Origin: Chitinophagaceae bacterium
GTDB taxonomy: Bacteria > Bacteroidota > Bacteroidia > Chitinophagales > Chitinophagaceae
DNA: 64,000 nt
Direction of reading: 5' to 3'
Assembly (NCBI GenBank): GCA_036402175.1
Contig: DASWTK010000052.1
Span: forward strand, 4,146 to 68,145
The notes beneath the pieces were generated by a model. That model saw only the letters and a list, made by a program, of their open reading frames with translations. It was not told the origin of the DNA and did no database searches. Each line of letters starts with the position of its first letter. Position 1 is the first letter of the stretch. Positions 37,435 through 47,969 of the stretch are shown piece by piece. The translations under genes and the position numbers were made by a program.

Positions 37435-37595
37435 GGCGCTTGTTTTATTGTTTGTAAATATCAGTGCATTAAAACTGCTCAGCAATCCCACATGCGTGTG
37501 AAATTTTGCGGAGTAAGCATTTGACGCACCGGAAAGCGGGAGGTCTCATCACATAATCATGTGGTTTAACAAAAATCTTCCCGCAAAAGGCCGGA

Positions 37596-40500
37596 GTGCA
37601 GTTATTTTTGGTAAACCAACCCCACTTATTGGCCAGATATTTATTTTATACCATCCTCATGCTCTTCTGCGCAAGTGTTAGTGCGCAACGAAAGCAATAC
37701 GTTTTCACCCACATTACGTCAAAGGAAGGGCTTGCCGCAGACCATGTTTATGGCATATTGCAGGACAAAAAAGGTTTTATGTGGTTTGCTACGGCAAACG
37801 GGCTGCAACGATATGACGGCAAAAAAATAATTTCATTCAGACCCGCGCCCTGGGACACCGCCTTTCTTCCACCAGGTCCCGTTTCACAAATATTGCTTGA
37901 TAAAAACAACCGTTTCTGGGTCAGAATGGGCCGGCAAATCGGTCTTGTCAATACTGCTAACTTTTCTTTTACCCGAATACCGATTGATGCTCCCTCAAAA
38001 GATCTCGAACGATCGGAAGTGAAACTGTGTGAAGACGCAGATGGAAATGTTTTCCTGATGTTATCAGAGTATGGTTTCGTTGTTTATCGTGAGAAATCGG
38101 CGGCCTTTATACTGGATACTTCTGTTATCAATGCGCCCCGGAATAGCCACATAAAAACATTTCAGCAGGATCCGCTTGATGGAAACTACTGGATAGGCCA
38201 TAAGAACGGGCTTGCGCTTTTTCACCGCGGCCATAAGAAACTTTATACCGCCCAATTCAATCCAATTCAGAATCCCGTCTTGCAGGAAAAGGCTATCAAT
38301 AATGCCATCACTTCATTTTTTATTGATAGCGCGGCGCGTTTATGGATCGGAAACTGGTTGTATCCTCAGAATACCGAACAATTCAGTTGTTACGACCTGA
38401 AGCGAAAGCGATTGATCAGGCACCTGAAAATTACTTCTGTCAAGGAAAAGTATCGTGAGCTGCATCAGTTTACACAGCAGCGTAATGGGAAGGTCTGGGC
38501 GTACGGACTATCGATGCTTGCTGAATACAATGAGTCGTCCGGCAACTTCAATCTTGTTTACAATGAACACCCTGATGATTTCGGAATCAAGTATAATGTT
38601 GTGCACAGCTATTTCGAGGACAGGGAACAAAATGTTTGGATCGGAACCGACCAGGGAATTTTTGTCTTTAACCCAATGGCGCAGCGCTTTACCAGCATCA
38701 GCCTGGAAGGTACCGATGCGCTGCCGTCTACGGGCGACCGGTCGCTGACATCCTTTCTTCAGCTAGGGAATGGAGATATTCTCTCCGCATCCTGGGGTCA
38801 GGGCATTCTGGCTTACGATGTCAACTTCAGACTGAAGCCAAATAACATCATTAAAAATCTTCCTGGCCAGGATAAGAATTACCTGATGGTGTGGAGCATG
38901 ATTGAACACAAAGCCACCAAAAAGGTATGGATCGGCTGCCAGGCGGGCAGGCTGATGATTTATGACCAGGAACGAAAGGAAACTGTTTACCTCAATCATC
39001 CGGTCTTTGACCTGCGCACAGTGCGCCAGTTATCGGAAGATAAGGACGGAAATATCTGGTTTGGAACACAACATGGACGACTGATAAAATGGGATGCCGT
39101 TAAGGGAAGCAGAAATATCAATGACGGATTTGAGCTTGTTCACACCTTCACCTCAAATATTTTTAGAGTAAAACCCGACAAGGATGGGTTTATATGGGTA
39201 GGAACTTACCTGGAAGGGCTTTTTGTGCTGGACCAATCCGGAAACATCATCGCCAATTACAATGATAAAGGCGCGACAGGCAGGACGCTCATGTCAAATG
39301 GAGCGTCTGATATATTGTTTTACAACGACAGCCTGGTGGTTGTTTGTGCTTCCGCGCTCAGTATCCTGAACAAAAGAACGGGCAACATAAAACTGATTAC
39401 AGTTTACGACGGGTTACCCAGCAATACCGCCAATACAGTACAGAAAGACGAAGACGGTAATCTCTGGATAGGGCTGATCAATGGTCTGTGCCGGTACAAC
39501 GTCAAGAAGAACATCTTCACTCTTTTTTCCCAGAAAGACGGGATCGTGAGAAACGAATTTCATAATGGCAGCAGTTATGTCCTCATGGATGGACGGATGA
39601 TCTTCAGCAGCCAGGAAGATTTCATTTATTTCAATCCGCAGCAAATACTTCCTTCATCTAGTCCTCCGGATGTAAGTATTACAGACTTTAAATTATTCAA
39701 CACCTATTTGCCACCCGATTCCATTCTGCAGCTCGATCGCGTAATGCTGAACCATGATCAGAATTCAATTACCATTGAATTTGCCGCGCTGAGCTTTTTG
39801 CAGAAGGATAAAATGATCTATTACATCATGATGGAGGGCATTGATGATGACTGGACACGTGTTGACCGGTACAACATTGCAAATTTTACACTGCTTCCTC
39901 CCGGTGATTATCTGTTTAAAGTGAAATGCGAAAACGGCGACGGCATTCCATCGAAAAATATAACCTCTTTAAAGATCCATATCCGTCCTCCGTTCTGGCG
40001 ACAGGAATGGTTCATACTGCTTTGCATCTTTGCCATGGCAGGTCTTATTTACCTTGCGCACCGGATGCGCGTTCAGCAGCTCATGCAAATGGAAAAGGTG
40101 CGGGGACGGATAGCCCGTGATCTGCACGATGATATGGGCTCTACGCTCAGTACCATCAATATCCTGAGCGAAATGGCTAAAATGAAAGTTGACAAGGACA
40201 CCCAAAAAACAAGCGAATATATCAGCAAGATCAGCGACAACAGTAACCGCATGATGGAGGCGATGGATGATATTGTATGGAGCATCAATCCAATGAACGA
40301 CAGCATGCAGCGTATAACCGCCAGGATGCGTGAGTTTGCGACCGGTGTACTGGAAGCAAAGAATATGGAGGTTGTATTCAGGGTTGATGAGAAGGTGAAG
40401 GACATCAAGCTTGACATGGAAGCCCGGAGAGATTTCTTTCTCATCTTCAAAGAGGCGGTGAACAACGTAGCTAAATATTCACAGGCAAAACACGCGGTCA

Positions 40501-40697
40501 TAGATATCAATATCCAGTCTCACAGGCTCATCATGCAAATTCAGGATGACGGCATGGGCTTCGACGTTCAGCAGGCCGATAGCGGGAATGGACTCACTAA
40601 CATGAAAAAAAGAGCGGAGTCGCTAAATGGCACTCTTTCAATTGAATCGGTTCATGAATTGGGTACGAAAGTGCGACTTGAAGCACCACTGACATAA
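37596..40697 (+). CDS. Hybrid-architecture sensor histidine kinase (two-component regulator propeller repeats, Y_Y_Y region, TM, HisKA_3, HATPase)
   Basis: Repeated GLxxYDG/WIGT propeller motifs, one TM helix (WFILLCIFAMAGLIYLA), the H-box ARDLHDDMGSTLS, and the ATPase blocks NNVAKYS ... DDGMGF. Confidence 0.8.
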   Translation: MQLFLVNQPHLLARYLFYTILMLFCASVSAQRKQYVFTHITSKEGLAADHVYGILQDKKGFMWFATANGLQRYDGKKIISFRPAPWDTAFLPPGPVSQILLDKNNRFWVRMGRQIGLVNTANFSFTRIPIDAPSKDLERSEVKLCEDADGNVFLMLSEYGFVVYREKSAAFILDTSVINAPRNSHIKTFQQDPLDGNYWIGHKNGLALFHRGHKKLYTAQFNPIQNPVLQEKAINNAITSFFIDSAARLWIGNWLYPQNTEQFSCYDLKRKRLIRHLKITSVKEKYRELHQFTQQRNGKVWAYGLSMLAEYNESSGNFNLVYNEHPDDFGIKYNVVHSYFEDREQNVWIGTDQGIFVFNPMAQRFTSISLEGTDALPSTGDRSLTSFLQLGNGDILSASWGQGILAYDVNFRLKPNNIIKNLPGQDKNYLMVWSMIEHKATKKVWIGCQAGRLMIYDQERKETVYLNHPVFDLRTVRQLSEDKDGNIWFGTQHGRLIKWDAVKGSRNINDGFELVHTFTSNIFRVKPDKDGFIWVGTYLEGLFVLDQSGNIIANYNDKGATGRTLMSNGASDILFYNDSLVVVCASALSILNKRTGNIKLITVYDGLPSNTANTVQKDEDGNLWIGLINGLCRYNVKKNIFTLFSQKDGIVRNEFHNGSSYVLMDGRMIFSSQEDFIYFNPQQILPSSSPPDVSITDFKLFNTYLPPDSILQLDRVMLNHDQNSITIEFAALSFLQKDKMIYYIMMEGIDDDWTRVDRYNIANFTLLPPGDYLFKVKCENGDGIPSKNITSLKIHIRPPFWRQEWFILLCIFAMAGLIYLAHRMRVQQLMQMEKVRGRIARDLHDDMGSTLSTINILSEMAKMKVDKDTQKTSEYISKISDNSNRMMEAMDDIVWSINPMNDSMQRITARMREFATGVLEAKNMEVVFRVDEKVKDIKLDMEARRDFFLIFKEAVNNVAKYSQAKHAVIDINIQSHRLIMQIQDDGMGFDVQQADSGNGLTNMKKRAESLNGTLSIESVHELGTKVRLEAPLT

Positions 40698-40759
40698 ATG
40701 TGTGATTGTGGAGGTGCACTTAACGGTTTACTTTTGTACTTCACTTAAAATGCGATTCC

Positions 40760-41392
40760 ATGATCAAGTTGATGCTATATGAAGATAATCCTCAGTTACG
40801 GGAAGGCCTAACGATGCTGCTGAATGGCTCAGATGGGTTTGAAGTAGTTGGCGCGTTCAAGAATTGCAATCATGTGGAGGATGAAGTGGAAGCATTTGAT
40901 CCGGATGTGATTCTGATGGATATAGATATGCCTGGCACAAATGGGATTGAAGGTTTGAAACGACTTAGAAAAGTAAATTCAAGGGCCAAGGTATTAATGC
41001 TGACCGTTTTTGATGATAACAAAAATGTTTTTGAAGCCATTCGCTCAGGCGCTAATGGATATCTGCTCAAGAAGACCCCTCCCGCCAGGCTCATTGAATA
41101 TATTAATGAAGCAAACAGCGGTGGAGCTCCAATGACTTCTTCCATTGCAACACAGGTATTGAAAATGTTCACCGACCAGAATGCACAGCAGGGTGAAGAT
41201 TATCATTTGTCAGATAGGGAAAAGCAAGTGCTGCAGTTGCTGGTGAATGGCTATTCTTACAAAATGATCGCCAGTGAAATGTTCATATCCATAGACACTG
41301 TCAGGTCCCACATTAAAAAGATATATGAAAAACTTCACGTCAATTCAAAGAGTGAAGCTGTTGCGAAAGCGTTTAAGGATAAGCTGATTTAG
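40760..41392 (+). CDS. LuxR/NarL-family response regulator
   Basis: Receiver domain (DVILMDIDMPGTNG; LMLTV...) plus a C-terminal LuxR HTH (LSDREKQVLQLLVNGYSYKMIASEMFISIDTVRSHIKKIYEKL). Confidence 0.9.
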   Translation: MIKLMLYEDNPQLREGLTMLLNGSDGFEVVGAFKNCNHVEDEVEAFDPDVILMDIDMPGTNGIEGLKRLRKVNSRAKVLMLTVFDDNKNVFEAIRSGANGYLLKKTPPARLIEYINEANSGGAPMTSSIATQVLKMFTDQNAQQGEDYHLSDREKQVLQLLVNGYSYKMIASEMFISIDTVRSHIKKIYEKLHVNSKSEAVAKAFKDKLI

Positions 41393-41411
41393 CAGTATTT
41401 ACTATTGCTAT

Positions 41412-41483
41412 ATTGCGGCTATCTGCTCTGAGCATGTTATACTTCAATACATGTTATCAGAAACAGATAGCCGCAATTTTTTT
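41412..41483 (+). terminator. Long-loop hairpin plus T-run after the response-regulator gene
   Basis: Perfect 14-bp arms ATTGCGGCTATCTG (41412-41425) / CAGATAGCCGCAAT (41464-41477). The 38-nt loop contains a CATGTTAT direct repeat. T7 run follows. Confidence 0.5.
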
Positions 41484-41652
41484 GATAGTATATACTTCGG
41501 TTGCGCCTTGGCGTTAAATCTTTATTGATTTGCCTGATTTTTATAAATGTGAAAGGATTGTAAATCACATTACTGTGTGGTTGTCTTCGGTTCTGCATGC
41601 CTGTATGTTTGCATCACAATTTAAAAACATCTTAAATCTTAAATCAAACATC

Positions 41653-42462
41653 ATGACATCACGTTTATTCAGCAAATCGTCGGTACTGCTCCTGGCTATA
41701 GCTGCGATTGCATTTGTAAGTTGCAAGAAAGACAAATCAGGCCCTGGCAATCCCGGAAACCAGACAAAAAAGATTTCGCGTATTGAAGAAAACGGAAGCA
41801 CAACCGCTTCGTTTGAGTACAATACCGACGGCACATTAAAAAAAGTAAGTACTAAATTCGATGGCCCTCAAACAGCAGTGTTTAGTTTTACTTACGATAA
41901 CCAGAAACGGCCAATTGAGGTTGCCTCTGACCAGGGATTTAAATCAAAGTATGTTTATGTGAATAACGTTTTGAAGCTTACAGAGAACTTCGAAGGCGCA
42001 ACAAAGGTGTCGGAGAACAATTTCGCGTATGAAAATGGCAAACTGAAATCAAATACTGTATTTACCGCTGTTCCTCAACCTGGCGGTAACACTGAGTACC
42101 ATCCTACTTACAGGGCAGTTTATCATTACTATCCTACAGGCGCAGTTCAAAAAGTTTCAACTTACATCTTAAATCCTTTGTCTGGCGAACTGGAGCTCAT
42201 GTTTGAATATGTGTATCAGCAATACGATGATAAAAAGAACCCTCTTGCTGTAATGTCAGATTTCAGCCAGGTTATCATGTTCCATCCGATACACGTGAAC
42301 AACCCATTGATTGAAAAACTCTACGGCGCTAATGGAATTGTTGACGAAACAACCCAGAATGTTTACACTTATGATGCTGCCGGTTATCCATTGACCTGCA
42401 AATCAACTGTTACACCAACAGGCGGTACCCCATTAGTGAAAGATATTAAATACATCTATTAG
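41653..42462 (+). CDS. Hypothetical lipoprotein
   Basis: Lipobox AFVSCKKD after the ATG at 41653; repetitive beta-rich sequence (YNTDGTLKKV, YDNQKRPIEV, YENGKLKS). Confidence 0.55.
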   Translation: MTSRLFSKSSVLLLAIAAIAFVSCKKDKSGPGNPGNQTKKISRIEENGSTTASFEYNTDGTLKKVSTKFDGPQTAVFSFTYDNQKRPIEVASDQGFKSKYVYVNNVLKLTENFEGATKVSENNFAYENGKLKSNTVFTAVPQPGGNTEYHPTYRAVYHYYPTGAVQKVSTYILNPLSGELELMFEYVYQQYDDKKNPLAVMSDFSQVIMFHPIHVNNPLIEKLYGANGIVDETTQNVYTYDAAGYPLTCKSTVTPTGGTPLVKDIKYIY

Positions 42463-42494
42463 AAAATTTTTCATACAGGCAGGTTTAAAAGATT

Positions 42495-42535
42495 GCCCTT
42501 GAGTTGTCACAAACAACTTCAGGGGCGGTCTTTTT
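42495..42535 (+). terminator. Rho-independent terminator after the lipoprotein gene
   Basis: GCCCTTGAGTTGT / ACAACTTCAGGGGC stem (one bulge, G-U pairs), 5-nt loop, then GGTCTTTTT. Confidence 0.6.
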
Positions 42536-42576
42536 AAGTGAAACAAACGATTTTTCTAAGGAGTAATTAAACAGTC

Positions 42577-43257
42577 ATGGAAAGACTTAATATTTTTAAC
42601 CAGATTCACAAAGGGCTCCGGGCGATGTTATATAATACAGCGCTTACCATACAGCAAACTGATTTTTCAATTGAGGAGGAGGGAAAAGCAACCCTGAGAA
42701 AATTGAGAATAGTGCTGGATCTGTACAGTCAGCATGGAGATCACGAAGACAATAAGGTGTTTCCGAAAGTTCTCCACGCTTCAGCCGGGACAGTGGCCGC
42801 GCTGGAGGCAGAACATGACAAGGATGAACAGCTCATCAACGATCTGCTGCTTGATATCAGGAGATATAAAAATGCGAATGGCAAAGCCGATAGGGTTGCA
42901 ATAGGGTATTCTATCCATCTTTCATTCCAGGAGTTTGTTGCATTCAATCTCCAGCACATGTGTAAGGAGGAGAAGCTGATAAATCCTCTATTATGGCAGC
43001 ATTATACCGACGATGAAATTGGCCAGATTCAACATGAGATCGTTAGCAGCATCTCTCCGGAGGATAATGCGCAATACGCGCGCTGGATGCTTCTCGGTTC
43101 AAATGATGCCGAGATCAGGTCATGGCTGGAGAAAGTTCGTGCAACGGCTCCCAGGCCGGTTTGGGACGGACTTTATCAATTAGCAACTGATGAACTTGGA
43201 GCAGAAAGGGTTTCAGGGATCATGTCACACGAGGTCACCAGAAGCGTCATATACTAG
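42577..43257 (+). CDS. Hemerythrin-like (HHE cation-binding) domain protein
   Basis: Spaced His/Glu motifs: HKGLRAM, HGDHEDNKVFP, EAEHDKDE, LQHMCKEEKLINP. Confidence 0.5.
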   Translation: MERLNIFNQIHKGLRAMLYNTALTIQQTDFSIEEEGKATLRKLRIVLDLYSQHGDHEDNKVFPKVLHASAGTVAALEAEHDKDEQLINDLLLDIRRYKNANGKADRVAIGYSIHLSFQEFVAFNLQHMCKEEKLINPLLWQHYTDDEIGQIQHEIVSSISPEDNAQYARWMLLGSNDAEIRSWLEKVRATAPRPVWDGLYQLATDELGAERVSGIMSHEVTRSVIY

Positions 43258-43357
43258 TACCAGGAGCCATCAATAAGGAAATAAACAGAAGGGGTTGATT
43301 ATGACTCTTTCCATCAAATAAAGCCCACCAGGAAGCAGGTGAGTAATTAGGAAGCAG

Positions 43358-43380
43358 AGACCGCCATGTGGCGGTTTTTG
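43358..43380 (+). terminator. Rho-independent terminator
   Basis: AGACCGCC-ATGT-GGCGGTTT hairpin followed by a T-run. Confidence 0.7.
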
Positions 43381-43495
43381 CCTTTTTATGTGAGGCTCTG
43401 AGTTGTCAAACACCCCCTTTCACATGTATATGCGGTTGACTAAGGCCAGATCCGGGAGTAATTTTAACCTGTTATTCAACCTCAACTAATTTAAC

Positions 43496-43726
43496 ATGAA
43501 ACGGGTTTTTACAATCGCTGGTATCATTTTCCTCTTCATGGCAACTACCGTTGTTTATGGAGTTGCCGCAAAGCATAGCCATGACTCTGTACCCCAGTGC
43601 ACCAGCGGTTGTGAAACCCCGCCAGCAATTACCTGCTCTCCCGAGGATGATGCGTCTATGACAGATTCAGATAAGCCGGTTGACTTAGCTCCCAATATTA
43701 TTGTGAGAATGCTGGAGATCTATTAA
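43496..43726 (+). CDS. Small membrane-anchored hypothetical protein
   Basis: 76-codon ORF with an N-terminal TM/signal segment; no family recognised. Confidence 0.35.
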   Translation: MKRVFTIAGIIFLFMATTVVYGVAAKHSHDSVPQCTSGCETPPAITCSPEDDASMTDSDKPVDLAPNIIVRMLEIY

Positions 43727-43738
43727 TTGGTTTCAATT

Positions 43739-44980
43739 CTATAATGCCGGGTATAGCCATCCGAGCAGGAGACACATAAAAACAATGACAGGGGCGGCAA
43801 GTCGTGTAAAAAGCAAAAGAAGGGTTGTTGCAAGAATCAACCCGATATTCATAAAATTGATCGTATTGAATCCCGCCAGCGAAACATCCTTCATCATATA
43901 AAAGCTGGCTGCGAACATTATTCCTACTACAACAGCATTAATGCCTTCAAGCGCACGGAACACCACTACATATTTTTTGAGGTTGTGCCATATCGGAAAA
44001 AAGAACAACACCAGCAGCGCACTGGGTAAAAAAATGGCAACGCTTCCGATGAGACAGCCCAGTAATTGAAAATGCCAGCCCATATCTTTCATAGCGAGCC
44101 CACCGGCAAAAGATGCGATGGAAAAGACAGGTCCGGGAATAGCACGGATGATACCGGCTCCGTTGTAGAAATCATCTTTGTCAATCCTGATAACGTCGGG
44201 GTTGCGCTGAATAAGTTTTGGTGACTGGGGACGGGCTACAAATTGTTCGTACATGATCGGTATCAATACCTGGCCGCCTCCGAAAACAAGGCTACCAAAA
44301 CGATAGGTGTTTTCAAATAGATTGATAGGCCTGCGGTTAGGCCAGTTATTTTTTCTTGCCAGTTCACTGGTGATACCGGCTGCTATGAAAATAAAAGCGA
44401 ACAGCCAGATATTGCCCCATTTGATTTTTTTCGGAGTTGTGTTTTTTTCAGGGATCCTTTTATCACTCAGGTTGGTAACAAAACCTCCCAGCACTATCAG
44501 AACCGGAAAGATCCATGGCATCTTGAAAAGAAGGTAAGTGGCGACGGTGCTCACAAACATAATAGCATAAGTTGCGGTGTTCGTAACCGCAATTCTCAAT
44601 CCCTTAATGGCCGCGAAAAGAAGGAAGCCTACCGCCATCGGCGGAATGAAGGTGAAGATCTTGGTTTGCGTTTTCTGAACATAAAATGAAAAACCTCCCA
44701 TTAATATACATGCAGGGAGGATCCAGATAATCAATGTAAGAACCGCCAACGCTACACCACCACGTTTATATCCGACAAGCGTGAGCACTTGTGTGGAAGA
44801 TGCTCCGGGTAGCAATTGACAGAAAGAATTGTATTCAAGTAGTTCCTGCTTGGTGAGATCCCTTCTTTTCTCGCAGAATGTTTTCATCATCATTCCCAGA
44901 TGACCCTGCGGCCCCCCAAATGCGGTTATACTGTGTAAAAACACCGCTTTTAAAAAAGGGATATGTCGTAGCAATACCAT
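43739..44980 (-). CDS. chrA: Chromate transporter ChrA (duplicated CHR domains)
   Basis: [14 protein letters not shown] at the N-terminus, a second-half [12 protein letters not shown] repeat, and about 10-12 TM segments. Confidence 0.85.
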   Translation of the reverse strand: MVLLRHIPFLKAVFLHSITAFGGPQGHLGMMMKTFCEKRRDLTKQELLEYNSFCQLLPGASSTQVLTLVGYKRGGVALAVLTLIIWILPACILMGGFSFYVQKTQTKIFTFIPPMAVGFLLFAAIKGLRIAVTNTATYAIMFVSTVATYLLFKMPWIFPVLIVLGGFVTNLSDKRIPEKNTTPKKIKWGNIWLFAFIFIAAGITSELARKNNWPNRRPINLFENTYRFGSLVFGGGQVLIPIMYEQFVARPQSPKLIQRNPDVIRIDKDDFYNGAGIIRAIPGPVFSIASFAGGLAMKDMGWHFQLLGCLIGSVAIFLPSALLVLFFFPIWHNLKKYVVVFRALEGINAVVVGIMFAASFYMMKDVSLAGFNTINFMNIGLILATTLLLLFTRLAAPVIVFMCLLLGWLYPAL

Positions 44981-45112
44981 CAGGCCTTTGGGGTTAGTTC
45001 AAAAAACAAACAGCCTTCAAATTAGCGATTGTGTAAAGATGCGCAAAGTATTTTGGAGTTGACCGGCTTCTGAATTTTTTGTTGTTTATATTTAATCTCA
45101 AGAATCTCCAAT

Positions 45113-46408
45113 ATGAAATACTTGTTATTCATCATTTGCATTATGGCAGTAAGCCTCACCGGTTATTCGCAGCGTACTCCCCAGGAAAGGATTGATGCGG
45201 CGGCAGACAAGCTGGAAGAAAAGACCATTGCATGGCGCAGGGATCTTCACCAGCATCCTGAACTGGGAAATAGCGAAACGAGAACTGCAAAGCTGATTGC
45301 CGGGCACCTGAGATCGCTGGGTATGGAAGTCAGGGAGGGCGTGGCGAAAACAGGCGTGGTGGGAATACTTAGAGGTGGCAAGCCAGGACCGTGCATTGGT
45401 CTGCGCGCAGATATGGATGGACTTCCAATTGTGGAAAGAGTGAACATTCCGTTTGCATCGAAGGTCCGTTCAACCTACAATGGCCAGGATGTAGGGGTGA
45501 TGCATGCCTGCGGACACGATTCGCATGTGGCAATATTGATGAGCGTGGCCGAAGTGCTTGCCGGAATGAAGAATGATCTGAAAGGCACTGTGAAATTTGT
45601 ATTTCAGCCTGCAGAGGAAGGTCCCCCGGAAGGCGAAGAGGGCGGCGCACCCCTGATGATTAAAGAAGGTGTACTTGAGAACCCTAAAGTTGATGTGATG
45701 TTCGGGCTTCACATCAATTCAAAAACGGAAGTTGGCCAGATAAAATACAGAAGCGGAGGAGTAATGGCTGCCTCCGACTGGTTCACCATAAAAGTAAAAG
45801 GAAAGGGAACACATGGGTCGACTCCATGGACCGGCGTTGATCCGGTAGCTGTTTCATCACAGATCATAAATGGACTGCAGCATGTAGTGAGCAGGCAAAC
45901 AGAGCTTACAAAAAATGCAGCGGTGATTTCGGTATGTGTGATCAAGGGAGGAGTCAGGGCTAATATCATACCCGAAGAAGTGGAACTTACCGGTACAATC
46001 CGCACACTGGATAAAAATATGCAGATAGATATTCATGAACGGATCAGGAATACCGCAACAAAAATTGCTGAAGCTTCGGGAGCGACCGCTGAGGTAGTGA
46101 TTGACAATAAAACATTGGTTACTTATAACGATCCCGCGCTGATGAAAAAAATGCTGCCATCATTTATTAAGGTTGCAGGCGAAAAGAATGTTCTTGAAAT
46201 GGAAGCGTCTACCGGAGCTGAAGACTTTTCATTTTTTGCTGAGAAGGTTCCTTCGCTTTTCTTTTTTCTGGGAGGAATGCCAAAAGGGAAAGACCCCAAA
46301 GATGCGTTTCCGCATCATACACCTGATTTTTACATTGATGAAAGCGGATTCAAATTGGGCGTAAGGGCATTTTGTAACCTGGTGATTGATTACATGAATG
46401 CTAAATGA
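45113..46408 (+). CDS. M20-family amidohydrolase (N-acyl-amino acid amidohydrolase type)
   Basis: DLHQHPELGNSE, RADMDGLP, MHACGHDSH and FQPAEEG motifs; signal peptide. Confidence 0.85.
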   Translation: MKYLLFIICIMAVSLTGYSQRTPQERIDAAADKLEEKTIAWRRDLHQHPELGNSETRTAKLIAGHLRSLGMEVREGVAKTGVVGILRGGKPGPCIGLRADMDGLPIVERVNIPFASKVRSTYNGQDVGVMHACGHDSHVAILMSVAEVLAGMKNDLKGTVKFVFQPAEEGPPEGEEGGAPLMIKEGVLENPKVDVMFGLHINSKTEVGQIKYRSGGVMAASDWFTIKVKGKGTHGSTPWTGVDPVAVSSQIINGLQHVVSRQTELTKNAAVISVCVIKGGVRANIIPEEVELTGTIRTLDKNMQIDIHERIRNTATKIAEASGATAEVVIDNKTLVTYNDPALMKKMLPSFIKVAGEKNVLEMEASTGAEDFSFFAEKVPSLFFFLGGMPKGKDPKDAFPHHTPDFYIDESGFKLGVRAFCNLVIDYMNAK

Positions 46409-46422
46409 TCAGTGAACAGGGT

Positions 46423-47364
46423 TTATTCCTGTTCAACTATTTTTCCATCGGCCCGTCCGGTAACAGGCATTGGAGAAACCCAACCGGAGGATGGTTCGTA
46501 ATAGTTCCATAATAGTTTCGAAAGGCTGCGAATCAAAACCCACGCTTCATTATTTGGTGACCAGCTTTGGTCCTGAAGATTTTTTGTGATGACTGAAAAT
46601 ACATACGGACCATGTGGCGCCATAACCAGCAGCGTTTCGCTACGCGATTGATTCACCGCACCGTTTTTGGATGCAACGAATACATGGGAAGGTATTTGCG
46701 ATATTGCTACTTCATCCCAGAAGTTGCGTCCAAGTAACCGAAGCATTTGTTCGTCGGCCTTAGGGCTGATCAATGATTTGCGGTAAATCTTTTCCATTAA
46801 TCCCGCCATTTCCCTTGGAGTAGTTTGTCCCCATCCATATTGGGTGCGATTCAATTCTCTTCCTGGTGTTCTGGAGTTTACGCGCGTATTTTTGAATCCC
46901 ATTGAATCGAGGAATTCATTTATTCTTGTTCCAGTGCCCGCCAGACTTTGCAGCCAGAGGCTTGCCGTATTATCACTCATGGTAAGCATGAGCATCATGA
47001 TGCGGCTGATTGTAGTTTTTTCTCCGTTCTTGTATGACCCAAGTATATCCGCCCCTGCATATAATAATGAATCGGTATAGATGAGTTCCTGGTGATAATT
47101 CAATTCTCCTTTTTCAATCTTATTCATCACACCAATCAGTATGGGGATTTTGATCATGCTGGCGGTAGGGAAGATGGAGTCTGGCTGAAAGCGTGCTACT
47201 TTGTTGGTGCGTAGATTTTTTACATAAACCCCTGCTACGCCATGGAAGTTTTTCACCAGGTCATAAATGGAACGCTCTAATTTCTTATCAATTTTTTCCT
47301 GCGAGAAGCTGATGCAGGGGCAACAAATAATAAAGAGATAAAAAATTTTCCTGAAGCTGGTCAT
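46423..47364 (-). CDS. Class A beta-lactamase-related serine hydrolase
   Basis: ASMIK (SxxK), SDN, and a KNG (KTG-like) motif; signal peptide. Confidence 0.65.
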   Translation of the reverse strand: MTSFRKIFYLFIICCPCISFSQEKIDKKLERSIYDLVKNFHGVAGVYVKNLRTNKVARFQPDSIFPTASMIKIPILIGVMNKIEKGELNYHQELIYTDSLLYAGADILGSYKNGEKTTISRIMMLMLTMSDNTASLWLQSLAGTGTRINEFLDSMGFKNTRVNSRTPGRELNRTQYGWGQTTPREMAGLMEKIYRKSLISPKADEQMLRLLGRNFWDEVAISQIPSHVFVASKNGAVNQSRSETLLVMAPHGPYVFSVITKNLQDQSWSPNNEAWVLIRSLSKLLWNYYEPSSGWVSPMPVTGRADGKIVEQE

Positions 47365-47382
47365 GTTGATTGGTTGATGAAG

Positions 47383-47955
47383 TTATCTGTAATATCCATT
47401 TTTTTCAATCTCTTCTTTCACCTTATCGGGCACCAGGTATCTGATTGATTTTCCTTCCCTCACATTATTACGTATATGCGTAGCCGATATTTCGAGTAAA
47501 GGCGCATCCAGAATTTTTACGTTTTGATGCGCGGCTTGCTTTGGGATCTCAACTTCTGGTCTTTTATATATATAAATAGTGTGATGCTTCAGGATGTAAT
47601 CAGGATTTTTCCACTTTGAAATATTCTGATAGCTATCGCTACCCATGATCACGGAAAATTCGTGCCGGGGGTATTTTTCCTGCAGATAGGCTAAGGTATC
47701 TGCGGTGTAGGATGGGCGTGGTAGCCTGAATTCGATATCGGATGCTTTAAGACCTGGTTCGTCATCAATTGCAAGTTGCAACAGTGCCAGCCTGTGAAAT
47801 TCATTTAAAAGGGTGCCTGAAGGTTTGAAGGGGTTCTGGGGAGATACTACGAACCAGACCTGATTCAGATCGGCCTGTTGCCTGATGTGATTGGCAATTA
47901 TAAGATGTCCTGTATGAACCGGGTTAAATGACCCGAAGTACAAGCCTATGCGCAT
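47383..47955 (-). CDS. nadD: Nicotinate-nucleotide adenylyltransferase
   Basis: GLYFGSFNPVHTGHL (GxFxPxHxGH) and ISATHIR motifs. Confidence 0.85.
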   Translation of the reverse strand: MRIGLYFGSFNPVHTGHLIIANHIRQQADLNQVWFVVSPQNPFKPSGTLLNEFHRLALLQLAIDDEPGLKASDIEFRLPRPSYTADTLAYLQEKYPRHEFSVIMGSDSYQNISKWKNPDYILKHHTIYIYKRPEVEIPKQAAHQNVKILDAPLLEISATHIRNNVREGKSIRYLVPDKVKEEIEKNGYYR

Positions 47956-47969
47956 TGTATATCAGGGAG

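Noticed and set aside
42500-43410. GAGTTGTCA shared between 42500-42508 and 43400-43408 as a possible response-regulator binding site
   Set aside because: The first copy is simply one arm of the terminator hairpin at 42495-42526. A 9-nt match seen twice is not significant on its own.
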